Assembly: GCA_965197745.1 (NCBI GenBank)
Contig: CBDANS010000007.1
Coordinates: forward strand, 1,856,001 to 1,920,000
Length of the DNA: 64,000 bases
DNA from: Opitutales bacterium
GTDB lineage: Bacteria > Verrucomicrobiota > Verrucomicrobiia > Opitutales > PNEW01
Direction: 5' to 3'
The position numbers and the translations under genes were made by a program. Positions 23,305-35,323 of this stretch are shown here, in pieces (the first letter of the stretch is position 1; every line of letters begins with the position of its first letter). The notes under the pieces are model-generated. The model was given only the letters and a program-made list of their open reading frames with translations. It searched no databases and was not told where the DNA came from.

Positions 23305-23948
23305 TCTAAATTGAAGCCCGGAACAAGAGGAGCGGTACAGATAAAAAGAAGGATTAAAAATATTGTTCCCCCTAAAAACCTGAGTTTATTCATGGAATGG
23401 ACCGATATTTCTTCAGGCACGCGTTTACCAAACAAGGCCGCCAATACCGTGAAGTAAAGCCACCACGCCATGGATCCCAGCCCGACACCCAGGGCTAGCA
23501 ATACGGCATATTCAGTCGGGCGTTCGCGCAGATGGAGACTGACCGCGATAAGTAATGAGCTATAGCCAATTAACCGCATGGGCATAGCCAGGGCGAGGCC
23601 AAATGTTGTCCATAGCACTCTGAATGCACCAGTGAGTGGTCCGTCATATTGAATAGTTTTAAAGCGGGGCGATTGATAAATAGTTAAACTCATATAGCCT
23701 AATACAAATGCTGCGCCCAATCGGAATAACCAATCAAATCCAGACGAGTACCTGGCCAACCACCATACGATAAGGGCAGCGAGGACCGACCATATTACTT
23801 GCGCCAGCGAGATTCCCAGTCCGGCCGCCATACCTGTCAACCAGCCGCGGCTTATTGTCATTTGCACACACCAGACAGCACCCGACACCATCGTAACAGA
23901 AAAGACAAATCCGAGAACGAAACCGATAATAGGAAAAAATAAATTCAT
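23301..23948 (-). CDS. LysE-family membrane exporter
   Basis: About 6 hydrophobic helices; RGWLTGMAAGLG and GVGLGSMAWW patterns. Confidence 0.7.
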   Translation of the reverse strand: MNLFFPIIGFVLGFVFSVTMVSGAVWCVQMTISRGWLTGMAAGLGISLAQVIWSVLAALIVWWLARYSSGFDWLFRLGAAFVLGYMSLTIYQSPRFKTIQYDGPLTGAFRVLWTTFGLALAMPMRLIGYSSLLIAVSLHLRERPTEYAVLLALGVGLGSMAWWLYFTVLAALFGKRVPEEISVHSMNKLRFLGGTIFLILLFICTAPLVPGFNLD

Positions 23949-25562
23949 ACTTTAATTCAAAAGTATCGCCAGCTATAAGAGTGACAGGGGATCAAAACTT
24001 AAAAGGCGCTAATTCATCTACACGATTGACAGGAGGAATAAGTGAAAACGCCTGCCGCCTTTTCCTTGTGAGTCGGGAATGGTTACACCATCCAGCCGGT
24101 ACAGATTGAGTTTGTTGCGTAAGGTACGAACGTTCACCTTTAATAATTTCGCGGCATGGGTTCGGTTTCCTCGAGTTACTTTCAGCGCGCGCAATATTTG
24201 TGCCTTCTCAATTTCTACCAGGGAGACTACTTCGTCTGCTCTCGCTGTGGATCTCACCCTTTCCAACTCTTTAATACGGGCTGAGACAGAGTATAAATGA
24301 TCATTGTCTTCAAGGGCAACCTGATCACTATGTCGTGAAGAATTTAGACCAAATGATACTGCATCGAGGGTGCCACCATTTCCTGACATGATAACCGCTC
24401 GCTCAACAGCATTCTGCAATTCTCGCACATTGCCGAGCCAATCTTGTTCCTGTAAATAATCCATTGCTTCAGGCGATATCCCGCTGATTTTCACCCCATG
24501 CTTGGGAGCGGCCGCTTAGCAAAATACGTCGCTAATTGAATAATATCTGATCTACGCTCCCTGAGGGGAGGATTGTTAATAGGGAAAACATTTAACCGGT
24601 AAAATAGATCCTGGCGAAATTCTCCTTTTTCAACACATTGCACAAGATTGCGATTAGTCGTGGCTAGAACACGAACATCCACCTTGATCGTTTTATTGCC
24701 ACCAACACGTTCAAATTCGCGTTCTTGCAATACACGGAGAAGTTTAGCCTGCAGAACGGGTGATATCTCACTGACTTCATCGAGCAGAATGGATCCGCCA
24801 TTAGCCAGTTCAAATCGACCCTCCCGACGCGCCATAGCACCGGTGAAGGCTCCTTTCTCATGGCCAAAAAATTCACTCTCTATAAGGGAATCTGAAATAG
24901 ATGCACAATTCACCTTGGTAAATGCTTTCCCGTCGCGGGAGCTGCCCTTATGAATTTCATTTGCTACGAGTTCTTTACCGGTCCCACTTTCACCTTGAAT
25001 GAGTACCGTGGCTTCTGTGGGTGCTACTTTTTTGATGAGTCTCCGCAGATTTTTAATAGCCGGACTGCTCCCGAGAATCCCGGTATCGTGGTCAACACCC
25101 TGACTGTAAAAACGGTTCAAGCTGAGAATATGACTATAATCCTCCGCTTTATTAATGATAATATCAATCTGGCTGTGATTGGACCCCGTTTTTCGTACCA
25201 ATTATTAAGTGAGAGAGTTCCCGGGTATTAATGGTTTTAGGATTGATGTATATGAGAGATCTTGGCGAAGTGAGGGCGTAGCCCGAACGCGGCCAAGATC
25301 TGAAAGGAATGTGACAAACTCTTGTGGGCTTTTAAAGCCTAAACGACTGTGGGGATGATCATGGTTATAGGTCTGGCGCCATTGTTCGATTACAACTTGT
25401 GCTTCAGCCACGCTGAGCAACACTTCACGGTTCAAACACTCATCGCGTAAGCGGTTGTGAAACGACTCGATGAAACCGTTTTGCCAGGGACTGCCCGGAT
25501 CGATATATATCGCCTTGATCTTTTTGTCGGACAACGACTGCTGCACCTGATGAGCAATGAAT

Positions 25563-25594
25563 GGCTTCGCATGTCGTCGCTTCGCTCCTCGGAA
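25563..25594 (-). repeat. 32-nt hairpin micro-insert in the SDNGS-E-F codon of A1
   Basis: TTCCGAGGAGCGAAGCGACGACATGCGAAGCC on the coding strand. Confidence 0.9.
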
Positions 25595-25722
25595 CACTGC
25601 CGTTGTCACTACGGATATAGCTGGGAGCTCCCTCCTTTTCAATGGCCTCGCTAAGCACAGAGAGGACATCCGATGAGGGGAGTTCACGAGCGACCCGGAT
25701 ATCCAGACATTCACGCGTATAT

Positions 25723-25765
25723 GGCTTCGCTTCGCTTGAGTGTCGTCGCTTTCAGCTCCTCGGTA
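25723..25765 (-). repeat. 43-nt hairpin micro-insert in the D-E-YTR codon of A1
   Basis: TACCGAGGAGCTGAAAGCGACGACACTCAAGCGAAGCGAAGCC on the coding strand. Confidence 0.9.
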
Positions 25766-27177
25766 CATCGATCAGAGTCATCATCTTTAATGGACCGCCA
25801 TGGTCTGTGCGATCATGGACAAAGTCCCAGGACCAAAGGTGATTGCGACCGGTTGCTTTAGTAGGCGACCCCGTAGAGACCCCTTGACGGTGTCTACGCT
25901 TTTTAGGTGGCTTTACCTGCAACCCTTCTGAACGTCGTACCGCCTGAACAAACTTCCTGTTTGTTGTCCAGCCTTCCTTTACGAGCAAGGCACGGATGCG
26001 CCGGTAACCGTAGCAGGGATGTTCCCAGGACAGGGTTATAATCCGCTCGGCCAACCGCTGAGCTTTCTTACTGGCCTGCTTGGGCTGGTAGCTGAAAGTT
26101 GACCAACTGAGGCTGAGGTAGGAACAAGCCCTTCGCAACGAGCACAGCCCTCTCTCAGCCGCATCTTTTACTACTCGCTTCTTCTGCTTGGGGCTCACCA
26201 CTTTTTTGACAGCGTTTCCTCCATTACCTGATTCTTAAGCATTTGATCAGCGAGCATCTTCTTCAACTCGGTGTTTTCTTTTTCCAGCTCTTTAAATCGC
26301 TTCGCATCGGCTAGTTCCAAATTGCCATACTTTTTACCCCAGCGATAGAAGGTCTGTTCACTCACGTTGTTGCCTCGGCAGATTTCCTCTACCGTTTTTC
26401 CGGTATCGGCTTGCCGCAGTATTGCGATGATCTGTTCTGTTGTGTATCTTTTTCTTTTCATGAGGTTATCTGTTTATCCCGATAACCTCTCTCTGTTAAT
26501 GATACCATTTTTGGGGGTCACTCCAGCTGGTTGAAAATGGTTTGATAATATAATCAAAAGCACCTTCCCGCATACAATAGACAGCAGATTCAACCGAGGC
26601 GTAACCTGTCATCATGACTATCAATGGGGCATTCGGAGCTTTCGACAAGATGCGAAGCAAATCAGTACCGTCACCATCCGGTAATCTTACATCCATGAAG
26701 ACAAGGTCGAACAATTCATTTCTCAAAGTGCGTTCAGCGCTGGCAATAGTGTCCGCTGTTGCGATACTGCGTACTTTATTTGACAGTTGTTCTTCCATCG
26801 ACCTTCGAACCGCAAATTCGTCGTCGATCACTAATATTTTCTCTATGGCCATAAGCACGCCTTTTAGGGACAAAGGGTGTTTTACATTTTTTTTAACGTT
26901 AGGTCTATTGTTAGTTGATAAAAATTTTAAGGTTAATGGCGAGACGCGTATTGCCTTCAAATATCCCGGTTTAAAGCATTGGCATGATGCAATAAATAAC
27001 GTTGAAGTTCGTAAATTGTTGGTATTGTGGATAAAAAAACAAATTTTACATTTCCATAAACACTAATTTAGAAAATCAGTTATAAGGGTTGCATTACCAA
27101 AGTGAAATTTTAGATAATAAGAGACACTGCCATCGAACCGTAATTATTGAGATAACGCCCCAATAAAATACCGAGAA

Positions 27178-28068
27178 ATGACTTTAAATTACACGCTGGA
27201 AGACGTTGATACACGCTACTATAAAGTAGTGGCTATTGAGGTTCTTTCTCTGCATCAGCGTTGTTTTCCTGATGCTGATGGTTCATATATTATACCCCTC
27301 TTTGATGATATTCAGGGTATGTTTGCCGGTGAATACAAAAATTATCAGGCAATGGATACGATCTATCACGATTTGGAACATACTCTTCAAGCGACACTCT
27401 GTTGGGTGCGATTGATGGCTAATCGTCATCTTATTAATATCGAACCGGTAATTACGGCCAAAGAGTTCCAGATAGGTTTAACCGCTATCCTTTTTCATGA
27501 CATCGGTTATTTAAAAGAAAAAGGTGATAGGGACGGAACGGGTGCCAAATACACCTTTGTCCATGAACGGCGCAGTTGCGAGATCGTCGATATTTATTTA
27601 TCAGAAAATAAATGGGATAAATATGATATGTTTGCTGTTCAACATCTCATCGGATGCACGGGCCCACGAAGTATTATCAACGCGATTCCCTTTCATAGTA
27701 AAGCCGAGCGAATGATGGGAGAAGCAGTTTGTACTGCCGACTATGTTGGCCAGATGAGCGATTACAACTACGTAAAAAAATTACCTGCCCTCTTCCTCGA
27801 ATTTGAAGAATCTGATGATTTTCGCGAAGTTCCAAAAGAGGAGCGTCTATTCAAAAGCAAGGAAGAATTATTAACCGGAACTCCCTATTTTTGGGAAGAA
27901 GTGGTTGTCCAAAAATTAGAAAATGAGTGTCATGGTTTATTATATTGCCTTTCTGATCCCTACCCTGACGGGAATAATCCTTACATCAATAAGATTGAGG
28001 AAAACGTAAATCTCGTCCGGGAAATATGTGCTTCCAACGGGTCAAAGACAGTCACTGATCAGGAATAG
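27178..28068 (+). CDS. HD-superfamily metal-dependent phosphohydrolase-like protein
   Basis: YHDLEHT..LFHDIGY..HE..TADY pattern. Confidence 0.7.
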   Translation: MTLNYTLEDVDTRYYKVVAIEVLSLHQRCFPDADGSYIIPLFDDIQGMFAGEYKNYQAMDTIYHDLEHTLQATLCWVRLMANRHLINIEPVITAKEFQIGLTAILFHDIGYLKEKGDRDGTGAKYTFVHERRSCEIVDIYLSENKWDKYDMFAVQHLIGCTGPRSIINAIPFHSKAERMMGEAVCTADYVGQMSDYNYVKKLPALFLEFEESDDFREVPKEERLFKSKEELLTGTPYFWEEVVVQKLENECHGLLYCLSDPYPDGNNPYINKIEENVNLVREICASNGSKTVTDQE

Positions 28069-28107
28069 GATAGACACTGCGCTTAATGATTCTTTCACTG
28101 ATTGTGG

Positions 28108-29649
28108 ATGTTAGCTGTAGTTTCATCAGGAGCCTTGCATGGAATCAAAGCCTTGCCGGTACAGGTTGAAGTTAATTCTGGAGAGACCGGTGAACCAAAG
28201 TTAATTCTCGTAGGGCTGCCTGATGCCGCAGTTAAAGAGTCCAATGATCGAGTTGTCTCAGCACTAAGTAACAGTGGGTTTAGGGTGCCCTAAACGCGTA
28301 CCACCATTAATCTTGCTCCGGGAGATATACGTAAAGAGGGATCCACTTACGATTTACTCATAGCCCTTGGTATTCTCGCCTCCACCGGTCAACTGGTTGC
28401 ACCTGATTTAGATCAGTATGTAATCGGCGGCGAACTCAGTCTCTCGGGTGAAACACGACCGATCAAAGGCGCTTTAGCCATGACCATCCTTGCGCGGGAA
28501 CAGGGTAAAGCAGGACTCCTCCTGCCTCCAAACTCTTCGCGTGAAGCCGCTCTCGTTCAGGGAGTACCTGTTTACAGTGTAAATTCCCTTGATGAAGCCT
28601 GTGCATTTCTCTCTGGGAAGAAGCAACTACCCGTATGTGAACTCCCTATGGATATTAATAATGCGAGTGATCTTGCGAGTAGCTACGATATGGATATTTC
28701 AGAAATAAAAGGACAGCAGTCTCTTGTCCGTGCCGTGGAAGTGGCGGTATCTGGCGCTCATAATCTGCTCATGATAGGACCCCCTGGCTCCGGAAAATCC
28801 ATGGTCGCCAAACGTATCCCTACGATTATGCCCGTACCTACTCTTGAGGAATTTCTTGAAATACTCAGTGTTCACTCTGCTGCAGGGAATACCTTAGGTA
28901 GTGAAATTACTGCCTACCGGCGACCCTTCAGGAGTCCCCATCACACGATCAGCGATGTCGGACTTTTGGGCGGAGGCACTATACCCAGCCCGGGTGAAAT
29001 ATCACTGGCCCATAATGGTGTTCTCTTTCTCGATGAACTGCCCGAGTTTAAACGTTCAGCCCTTGAAGTCTTACGTCAACCGCTTGAAGACGGCGAAGTC
29101 ACCATATCACGCAGTGCAGGGAGAATCACCCTTCCCTGCTCGACCATGTTGGTAGCTGCCATGAATCCTTGCCCCTGTGGATACTTAGGCGACAGGAAGA
29201 GAGAATGCCGCTGCACGGTCACCCAGATACAACGCTATCGCGCGCGCATCAGCGGACCTCTCCTCGATCGTATTGATCTTCATATTGAAGCGCCCTCACT
29301 CCGAATTGAAGAAATGCAAAGCCAGAAGCCAGGACCGCCATCAAAAGATATACGCGAACGCATTCAAGGTTCTCGAAGCGTGCAAAACGAGCGATTCGCT
29401 AAGACTAATACCCACAGTAATGCACGCATGACTCATGCCCAGATACAAAAATTTTGTCCCATCGACGATAACCTTGGGAAACTGCTTCAACAGGCAATGG
29501 ATCAGCTCAATCTTTCGGCTCGTGCCTATGATCGCATCCTCAAGGTTTCACGCACCATCGCGGATCTCGCCGAATCGGAGAATATCGAAGCCCCTCACCT
29601 TCTCGAAGCCATTCATTATCGCGGCCTTGATCGAACCTTGTTTTATTAA
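28108..29649 (+). pseudogene. comM: ComM/YifB Mg-chelatase-like ATPase with an in-frame TAA at 28291-28293
   Basis: [51 protein letters not shown]; same frame on both sides of the stop. Confidence 0.88.
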
Positions 29650-29686
29650 TAGTGTTTCAATCGAATAAACTAGAATTTCGCTTCAA

Positions 29687-31537
29687 TTGTCCATATTAAG
29701 GAATAGCATAAGACTATTGGATATATCACTAATGAGGACACGCTTAATTAAATTGAGAAGCACTGCTCTTAGCATAATTTTAATCGTAAAATATCAATTC
29801 GCTATTCTCTTGCTCGGTGTGGGGTGCACCCAGTTACAAGAGCGTGAATTCGTTCAAACACCGATACCTGAAGATGCGGCGCAATCTGCGCTTGAACCGG
29901 GCAAACCAAGTGGAATATTTATTCGAACAGAAATAGGAGAGTTAGCCACTTTAAATCCATTAGTTGCAGAAGACCGGTCCTCAAGCGCGGCTATAGGATT
30001 AATGTCTGGGGCATTGACAGAATTTGACTGGGTAGATGAAGAAATAATACCTGGTTTGGCCAAGTCGTGGGATATATCAGAAGATCAGAAAACCTTTACC
30101 TTTCATCTTAGAAAGGGGGTACACTGGAGCAATGGCGCACCATTTTCCGCAGATGATGTTATCTTTTCATATAAGTGTTACTATGACGACCGCTTTCCTA
30201 ATCGTAGTAAATTTTATCTTACGATAAACGGAAAACCATGTGAAATTATTAAGATTGACGATTATACGGTGCAAATAACGGCACCGGAAATTTATGCTCC
30301 CTTCCTCCTTTTTGTCGCGGGTCAAGGAATTTTACCCAGACATATTTTAGAGGAATCATTTGATGATGGTACTTTGCTTAAACAATGGAGCATAAGTACA
30401 GCAAAAAACAACCCGGAGAAAATAGCATCACTGGGTCCATTTGTATTGCAATCGTACCGGCCAGGAGAACGCATCGTATTTGCCAGGAATCCCAATTATT
30501 ACAAAATCGACAAAGCTCGCGTACGCTTGCCCTATATCAAGTATTTAATTGCTAAAATGGTCAGCGACAGCAACGCAAGTACCGTAACATTTGCCCAGGG
30601 CCAAACGGATGTTGAAAGTATAGGACCCGGAGATCTAGCTTGGGTAGAACGAGCAATGAAAAAGCAGGATTTTAGAATTATAAACAGAGGACCTGCACCC
30701 TCTATTACCTTTATCTGGTTCAACTTAAACCCTGGCAAGAATGCCGATGGTAATCCCTTTGTAGAAGAATATAAGTTAGCCTGGTTTCAAAATCAGAAAT
30801 TTCGTCAAGCCGTATGTTATGGCACAAACCGCGAAGGAATTATTGAGGGGGTACTTTTCGGTCGAGGAGCCCCTTTACACTCATCCGTTACGCCAGCAAA
30901 TCGCAGGTGGCATAACCCAAATGTTCACAAGTATCCTTACAACCCTGATAAATCTAAAGAGCTACTAATTAGTGAAGGTTTCTTTTATAAAGAAAATAAT
31001 GTTCTTTATGGACCCAATGGAAACCGCGTAGCTATCACTCTGGAAACGAATAAGGATAACAATACTCGCACTGAAATAGCCACTGTTTTCAAGGAAAATA
31101 TGGCTCATTTAGGAATAGATATTAACTTACAATTTATCGACTTTAATACCCTTGTTGTAAAAATAACTGATTCTTTTGATTACGAATGTTCCCTCTTAGG
31201 ATTGGGTGGTGGAGTCAGCGATCCGGCGGCGAGCCTTGATATTTATTCCAGCGCAGGGCGTATGCACATGTGGTATCCGAGTCAGAAATCACCTGCTACT
31301 GAGTGGGAGGCCCGAATAGATAAATTGATGGGGCTTCAAGTAGGAACGCTTGATTTCAATGAGAGAAAACAATACATGGATGAAGTTCAGATGATTATGA
31401 GTGAGCAAGTCCCCTTTATATTGCTCATTAGTCCCAATGCCTATGTAGGGATTAAAAATAAGTGGCAAGGCGTGAAAGTCCCCACCATGGGTGGTGTGAT
31501 TTGGAATATTGATGAACTCTGGGCATTAGAGAAATGA
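29687..31537 (+). CDS. Peptide/nickel ABC transporter substrate-binding lipoprotein (family 5); true start probably downstream
   Basis: LGVGC lipobox, PGLAKSW, FHLRKGVHWSNG, FSADDV. Confidence 0.88.
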   Translation: MSILRNSIRLLDISLMRTRLIKLRSTALSIILIVKYQFAILLLGVGCTQLQEREFVQTPIPEDAAQSALEPGKPSGIFIRTEIGELATLNPLVAEDRSSSAAIGLMSGALTEFDWVDEEIIPGLAKSWDISEDQKTFTFHLRKGVHWSNGAPFSADDVIFSYKCYYDDRFPNRSKFYLTINGKPCEIIKIDDYTVQITAPEIYAPFLLFVAGQGILPRHILEESFDDGTLLKQWSISTAKNNPEKIASLGPFVLQSYRPGERIVFARNPNYYKIDKARVRLPYIKYLIAKMVSDSNASTVTFAQGQTDVESIGPGDLAWVERAMKKQDFRIINRGPAPSITFIWFNLNPGKNADGNPFVEEYKLAWFQNQKFRQAVCYGTNREGIIEGVLFGRGAPLHSSVTPANRRWHNPNVHKYPYNPDKSKELLISEGFFYKENNVLYGPNGNRVAITLETNKDNNTRTEIATVFKENMAHLGIDINLQFIDFNTLVVKITDSFDYECSLLGLGGGVSDPAASLDIYSSAGRMHMWYPSQKSPATEWEARIDKLMGLQVGTLDFNERKQYMDEVQMIMSEQVPFILLISPNAYVGIKNKWQGVKVPTMGGVIWNIDELWALEK

Positions 31538-32508
31538 TTTCATTTATCTTCAGAAGGCTCTTCACCCTTATTCCCCTTCTCGTCGGGATTACTTTTCTCG
31601 TCTTCCTTCTCATGAGCTTGGCGCCGGGTGATTTTTTAACGCCGATAAAAGCGCAGCGCGATATTTCGGAAGAATATATACTGGAACTGGAAAAACAGTT
31701 TGGCCTCGATAAACCCTGGTATCTTCAATATTTCCTCTGGCTGAAAAACGTTGTCACCCTTGATTTCGGCTATTCGTGGACTTACAAGGTTCCCGTTACG
31801 GAACTGCTCGGGAATCGCATCCTCGCCACTTTTTTGCTTTCTTTTACCTCGATAGCTTTTGCCTGGATTATTGCCATTCCCCTTGGGGTTTTGGCGGCAA
31901 TCCATCAGAATTCCATATTTGATCGTGTAAGCGCGAGCCTCGCCTATGCAGCTCTCTCCATCCCCGAATTTTTTCTTGCTATCGTAGCCATCTATATCGC
32001 GGCACGGACGGGCTGGTTTCCTATCGGCGGATTTACTTCGATCGAATATGAATTCATGAGTGCCCCCCGCCAATTCTTTGATATCATTGCCCATTTGATT
32101 CTTCCCTCACTAGTCATCGGAATTGGCAGTATCGCGAGTATCATGCGTATCATGCGCGCTAATTTTCTCGACGCTATTCGCGCAGAATACGTCACGACGG
32201 CGCGCGCAAAAGGTGTCCAGGAGGGTTATGTAATGTTTAAACATGTCCTACGCAATGCCATCAACCCGCTTATCAGCGCTTTCGGATTTGCTTTGTCCGC
32301 ATTGTTAAGCGGGTCCCTTCTCGTTGAAATAGTTATGAATTATCCCGGACTAGGGCAACTCATCTACCAGTCCCTGCTTCGAGAAGACCAGTTTGTGGTT
32401 CTCGCCGCCATCATGATGAGCTGCACCCTCCTTGTCTTAGGAAATCTAATAGCCGACATCTTTCTTGCGTGGTCAGACCCGCGGATTCGTCTCGAACAAA
32501 AGAGTTAA
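31534..32508 (+). CDS. Opp/Dpp ABC permease (B type)
   Basis: YVTTARAKG, KHVLRNA, YPGLG. Confidence 0.9.
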   Translation: MISFIFRRLFTLIPLLVGITFLVFLLMSLAPGDFLTPIKAQRDISEEYILELEKQFGLDKPWYLQYFLWLKNVVTLDFGYSWTYKVPVTELLGNRILATFLLSFTSIAFAWIIAIPLGVLAAIHQNSIFDRVSASLAYAALSIPEFFLAIVAIYIAARTGWFPIGGFTSIEYEFMSAPRQFFDIIAHLILPSLVIGIGSIASIMRIMRANFLDAIRAEYVTTARAKGVQEGYVMFKHVLRNAINPLISAFGFALSALLSGSLLVEIVMNYPGLGQLIYQSLLREDQFVVLAAIMMSCTLLVLGNLIADIFLAWSDPRIRLEQKS

Positions 32509-32510
32509 AG

Positions 32511-33554
32511 ATGAAACGCAGCATATTCAAAGAATTACTCAGCCGTCCCCTTGGATTAACGTGCTTTATCATACTGGGGGTACTCTATTTATGTGCGATA
32601 TTCGCGTCTTTTTTAGCGCCTTATACTACCGCAGAACAGAATCTCAATAAAACCTACCACCCACCCACGAGTATTCTTTGGAAAGAGGGAGGATGGCACG
32701 TAAAAATTTATGAGAATGTAGATCCAACCGCTGCTAAATATGAATACTCGGATGGCAATACCGCACCGATTCGTTTTTTCGCCAAGGGGTTTTCTTATAA
32801 ATTCCTGGGCCTTATTCCTGCTGATCGTCATCTGTTCCAGGTTGATGATGGAAATAAAATATACTTACTCGGGAGCGATTCTACAGGTCGTGATACCTTC
32901 TCCCGACTTCTTTTTGGTTCACGTATTTCTCTCAGCATCGGGCTCGTAGGAATTTCCATTACCATGTTCATGGGTTTCATTGTTGGTGGGCTCTCAGGCT
33001 ATTACGGGGGCAAACTGGATTTTTGCGCCATGCGCCTCGTAGAATTTCTTATGGCTATACCCGGGCTCTACCTCTTACTGGCACTGCGTTCCGCCCTGGT
33101 CCATAAGTTCGAATCAGCGGAAATGTATTTTCTCATCGTTATTATCCTCGCTATCATCGGATGGGCAGGAACCGCGCGCATCATTAGGGGACTGTCTCTC
33201 TCCATACGCAGTCGCCCCTTTGTCCTTGCCGCCGAATCCATGGGACAGTCGAGCACTAAAATACTATTCAAACACATTCTCCCAAACCTCACGAGCTACC
33301 TTCTCGTTGCCGCTACCCTGAGTATCCCCGGTTACATATTAGGTGAGGCAGCCTTGAGCTTTCTCGGTCTGGGAATACAGGAACCTTCAGCTTCCTGGGG
33401 CCTCATGCTCTCGCAAGCTCAGGAGATGAAAGTATTTATGCTGAATTTCTGGTGGCTGTTGACTCCGGGGTTCGCTATTTTTATTACAGTTATTGCCTTT
33501 AATGTCCTCGGTGATACTTTGCGCGATATCGTCGATCCAAAGATGAAAGTTTGA
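32511..33554 (+). CDS. Opp/Dpp ABC permease (C type)
   Basis: LGSDSTGRD, KHILPN, LSFLGLG, GDTLRD. Confidence 0.9.
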   Translation: MKRSIFKELLSRPLGLTCFIILGVLYLCAIFASFLAPYTTAEQNLNKTYHPPTSILWKEGGWHVKIYENVDPTAAKYEYSDGNTAPIRFFAKGFSYKFLGLIPADRHLFQVDDGNKIYLLGSDSTGRDTFSRLLFGSRISLSIGLVGISITMFMGFIVGGLSGYYGGKLDFCAMRLVEFLMAIPGLYLLLALRSALVHKFESAEMYFLIVIILAIIGWAGTARIIRGLSLSIRSRPFVLAAESMGQSSTKILFKHILPNLTSYLLVAATLSIPGYILGEAALSFLGLGIQEPSASWGLMLSQAQEMKVFMLNFWWLLTPGFAIFITVIAFNVLGDTLRDIVDPKMKV

Positions 33555-33586
33555 AATGATTATGCAGTCATTTATTAATATCAATA

Positions 33587-34435
33587 ATGGAAGAATCTGA
33601 ACAACCCCTTCTCCAAGCCAAAGACCTGGAAATAACCTTTCAAGGACGCAACGACAAGACTGAAGCCGTGCGCGGTATTTCCTTTTTCCTGAGAGACGGC
33701 AAGGTCCTTGCCATTGTCGGAGAAAGTGGCAGTGGCAAGAGCGTAACGGCCCTCTCCCTTACCCGCCTTCTTCCCGAACCGCCAACCTGCACCGTAAGCG
33801 GTGAAGTGTTGCTTTTGGGTAAAGATCTATTAACCGCTAGTAATAAAGAGATCTGCCGGGTTCGGGGAAAAGAGATCGCTTATATTTTCCAGGAACCCTC
33901 AACTTCGCTCAACCCTGTCTTTTCCATCGGCTACCAGATAGCTGAAGCGATTAAACTCCATTTACCTGAAGTTAAAAATGTTCAAAAACGGGTCATTGAC
34001 TCGTTGAAGAGGGTTGGTATTCGCGATCCGGATAAACGATACAAGGATTATCCGCACCAGCTCAGTGGCGGGATGCAACAACGTGTGATGATTGCCATGG
34101 CTCTTGCCTGTGAACCGCGAATTCTCGTAGCTGACGAGCCCACAACCGCACTCGATGTTACCATTCAAAAACAGATCATGGATCTCTTGAAAGAGCTTAA
34201 AGATTCCCTCGGCATGTCGATTATACTTATTACCCACAATTTTGGAATTATCTCCGATTTTGCCGATGATGTCATCGTCATGTTCCGTGGAAAAATTGTT
34301 GAATCCGGGCCTGTTGAAACCATTTTGGATAACCCTCAGCACCCCTACACAAAAGCGCTACTCGCGTGCATACCACATATCGGGAGAGAACAACACCGCC
34401 TCACTACTATTGATTACGCATTACTCGATGAATGA
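33587..34435 (+). CDS. Opp/Dpp ABC ATPase (D type)
   Basis: [24 protein letters not shown]. Confidence 0.92.
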   Translation: MEESEQPLLQAKDLEITFQGRNDKTEAVRGISFFLRDGKVLAIVGESGSGKSVTALSLTRLLPEPPTCTVSGEVLLLGKDLLTASNKEICRVRGKEIAYIFQEPSTSLNPVFSIGYQIAEAIKLHLPEVKNVQKRVIDSLKRVGIRDPDKRYKDYPHQLSGGMQQRVMIAMALACEPRILVADEPTTALDVTIQKQIMDLLKELKDSLGMSIILITHNFGIISDFADDVIVMFRGKIVESGPVETILDNPQHPYTKALLACIPHIGREQHRLTTIDYALLDE

Positions 34436-34495
34436 CAGCCTCAATATTACCTCATAGCGAAGTTTAACCGATTCCATAAGATATAAAATACCTAC

Positions 34496-35317
34496 ATGGC
34501 TGAAACAAAAGAACCTGAATCATTATTGGAAGTTTATAACCTGAAAGTGCATTTCCCGGTTATGAGCGGGTTGCTCCGCCGGGTACATGATTCTATTCGT
34601 GCTGTGGACGGTGTCACTTTCAAGGTCAACCGTGGGACAACCGTTGGGCTCGTAGGTGAAAGCGGCAGCGGGAAAACAACAATTGGACGTTCACTCGTAA
34701 AACTGGCCCCGGTCACCGAAGGAAATTTTTACTATGACGGTGAAGAAATATCGTCAATGAGCGTAAAGGCCTTTTTCCCTTACAGGAAAAAAATCCAAAT
34801 GATTTTCCAGGATCCGTATAATTCTTTAAATCCACGCCTGACTATTTATCAGATAATCTCAGAACCGATGGAAATCCATTTCGCGGATTGGGATAAATCC
34901 CGCAAACGTAAACGCGTGGAGGAATTACTGGACAGGGTTGGGCTGGAACCCGCTCATATCGACCGATACCCCCACGAATTCAGCGGAGGACAAAGGCAGC
35001 GTATTGGCATCGCCCGCGCCCTTGCGGTGGAGCCAGAGTTTATTATCTGTGATGAACCGGTAAGCGCTCTTGATGTTTCGGTCCAGGCTCAAATTATTAA
35101 TTTGCTCCAGGACTTACAGGAAGAGCTAAAGCTCACTTATCTTTTTATCGCCCATGATCTCGCTGTGATTGAACACATCAGCGATTATGTTCTCGTAATG
35201 ACCGAGGGGAAAATCGTCGAACAGGCCGAAGCTAAATCAATATACCAGGCTCCCCAGGATAGTTACACTAAAAAATTACTGGCGGCCGTACCTAAACTAT
35301 CAACTCAATCAGGCTAA
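34496..35317 (+). CDS. Opp/Dpp ABC ATPase (F type)
   Basis: GESGSGKTT, FSGGQRQR, DEPVSALD. Confidence 0.92.
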   Translation: MAETKEPESLLEVYNLKVHFPVMSGLLRRVHDSIRAVDGVTFKVNRGTTVGLVGESGSGKTTIGRSLVKLAPVTEGNFYYDGEEISSMSVKAFFPYRKKIQMIFQDPYNSLNPRLTIYQIISEPMEIHFADWDKSRKRKRVEELLDRVGLEPAHIDRYPHEFSGGQRQRIGIARALAVEPEFIICDEPVSALDVSVQAQIINLLQDLQEELKLTYLFIAHDLAVIEHISDYVLVMTEGKIVEQAEAKSIYQAPQDSYTKKLLAAVPKLSTQSG

Positions 35318-35323
35318 GGGTCA

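Larger units (their letters stand above)
25176..26525 (-). mobile_element. IS3-family (IS407-like) element type A, copy A1
   Basis: Ends TGGAGTGACCCCC.../...CGGGGTCCAATCA; 4-bp duplication GCTG (25172-25175, 26526-26529); orfA 26195-26461; AAAAAAG slip site; orfB DDE (WSWDF, SDNG, NGFIESF) broken by two inserts. Confidence 0.95.
24018..26852 (-). pseudogene. NtrC-type sigma54 response regulator, split by IS-A1 and frameshifted near 24510
   Basis: Receiver (ILVIDDE, MDVRLPDGDG, KPF) 26526-26852; AAA+ (GESGTGKE, GAFTGA) 24491-25175; Fis HTH 24018-24494. Removing the IS and one GCTG copy restores KPFSTS-QIDII. Confidence 0.9.

Noticed and set aside
28291..28293. Alternative genetic code explaining the comM stop
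   Set aside because: TAA is used as a normal terminator by many genes in the window.
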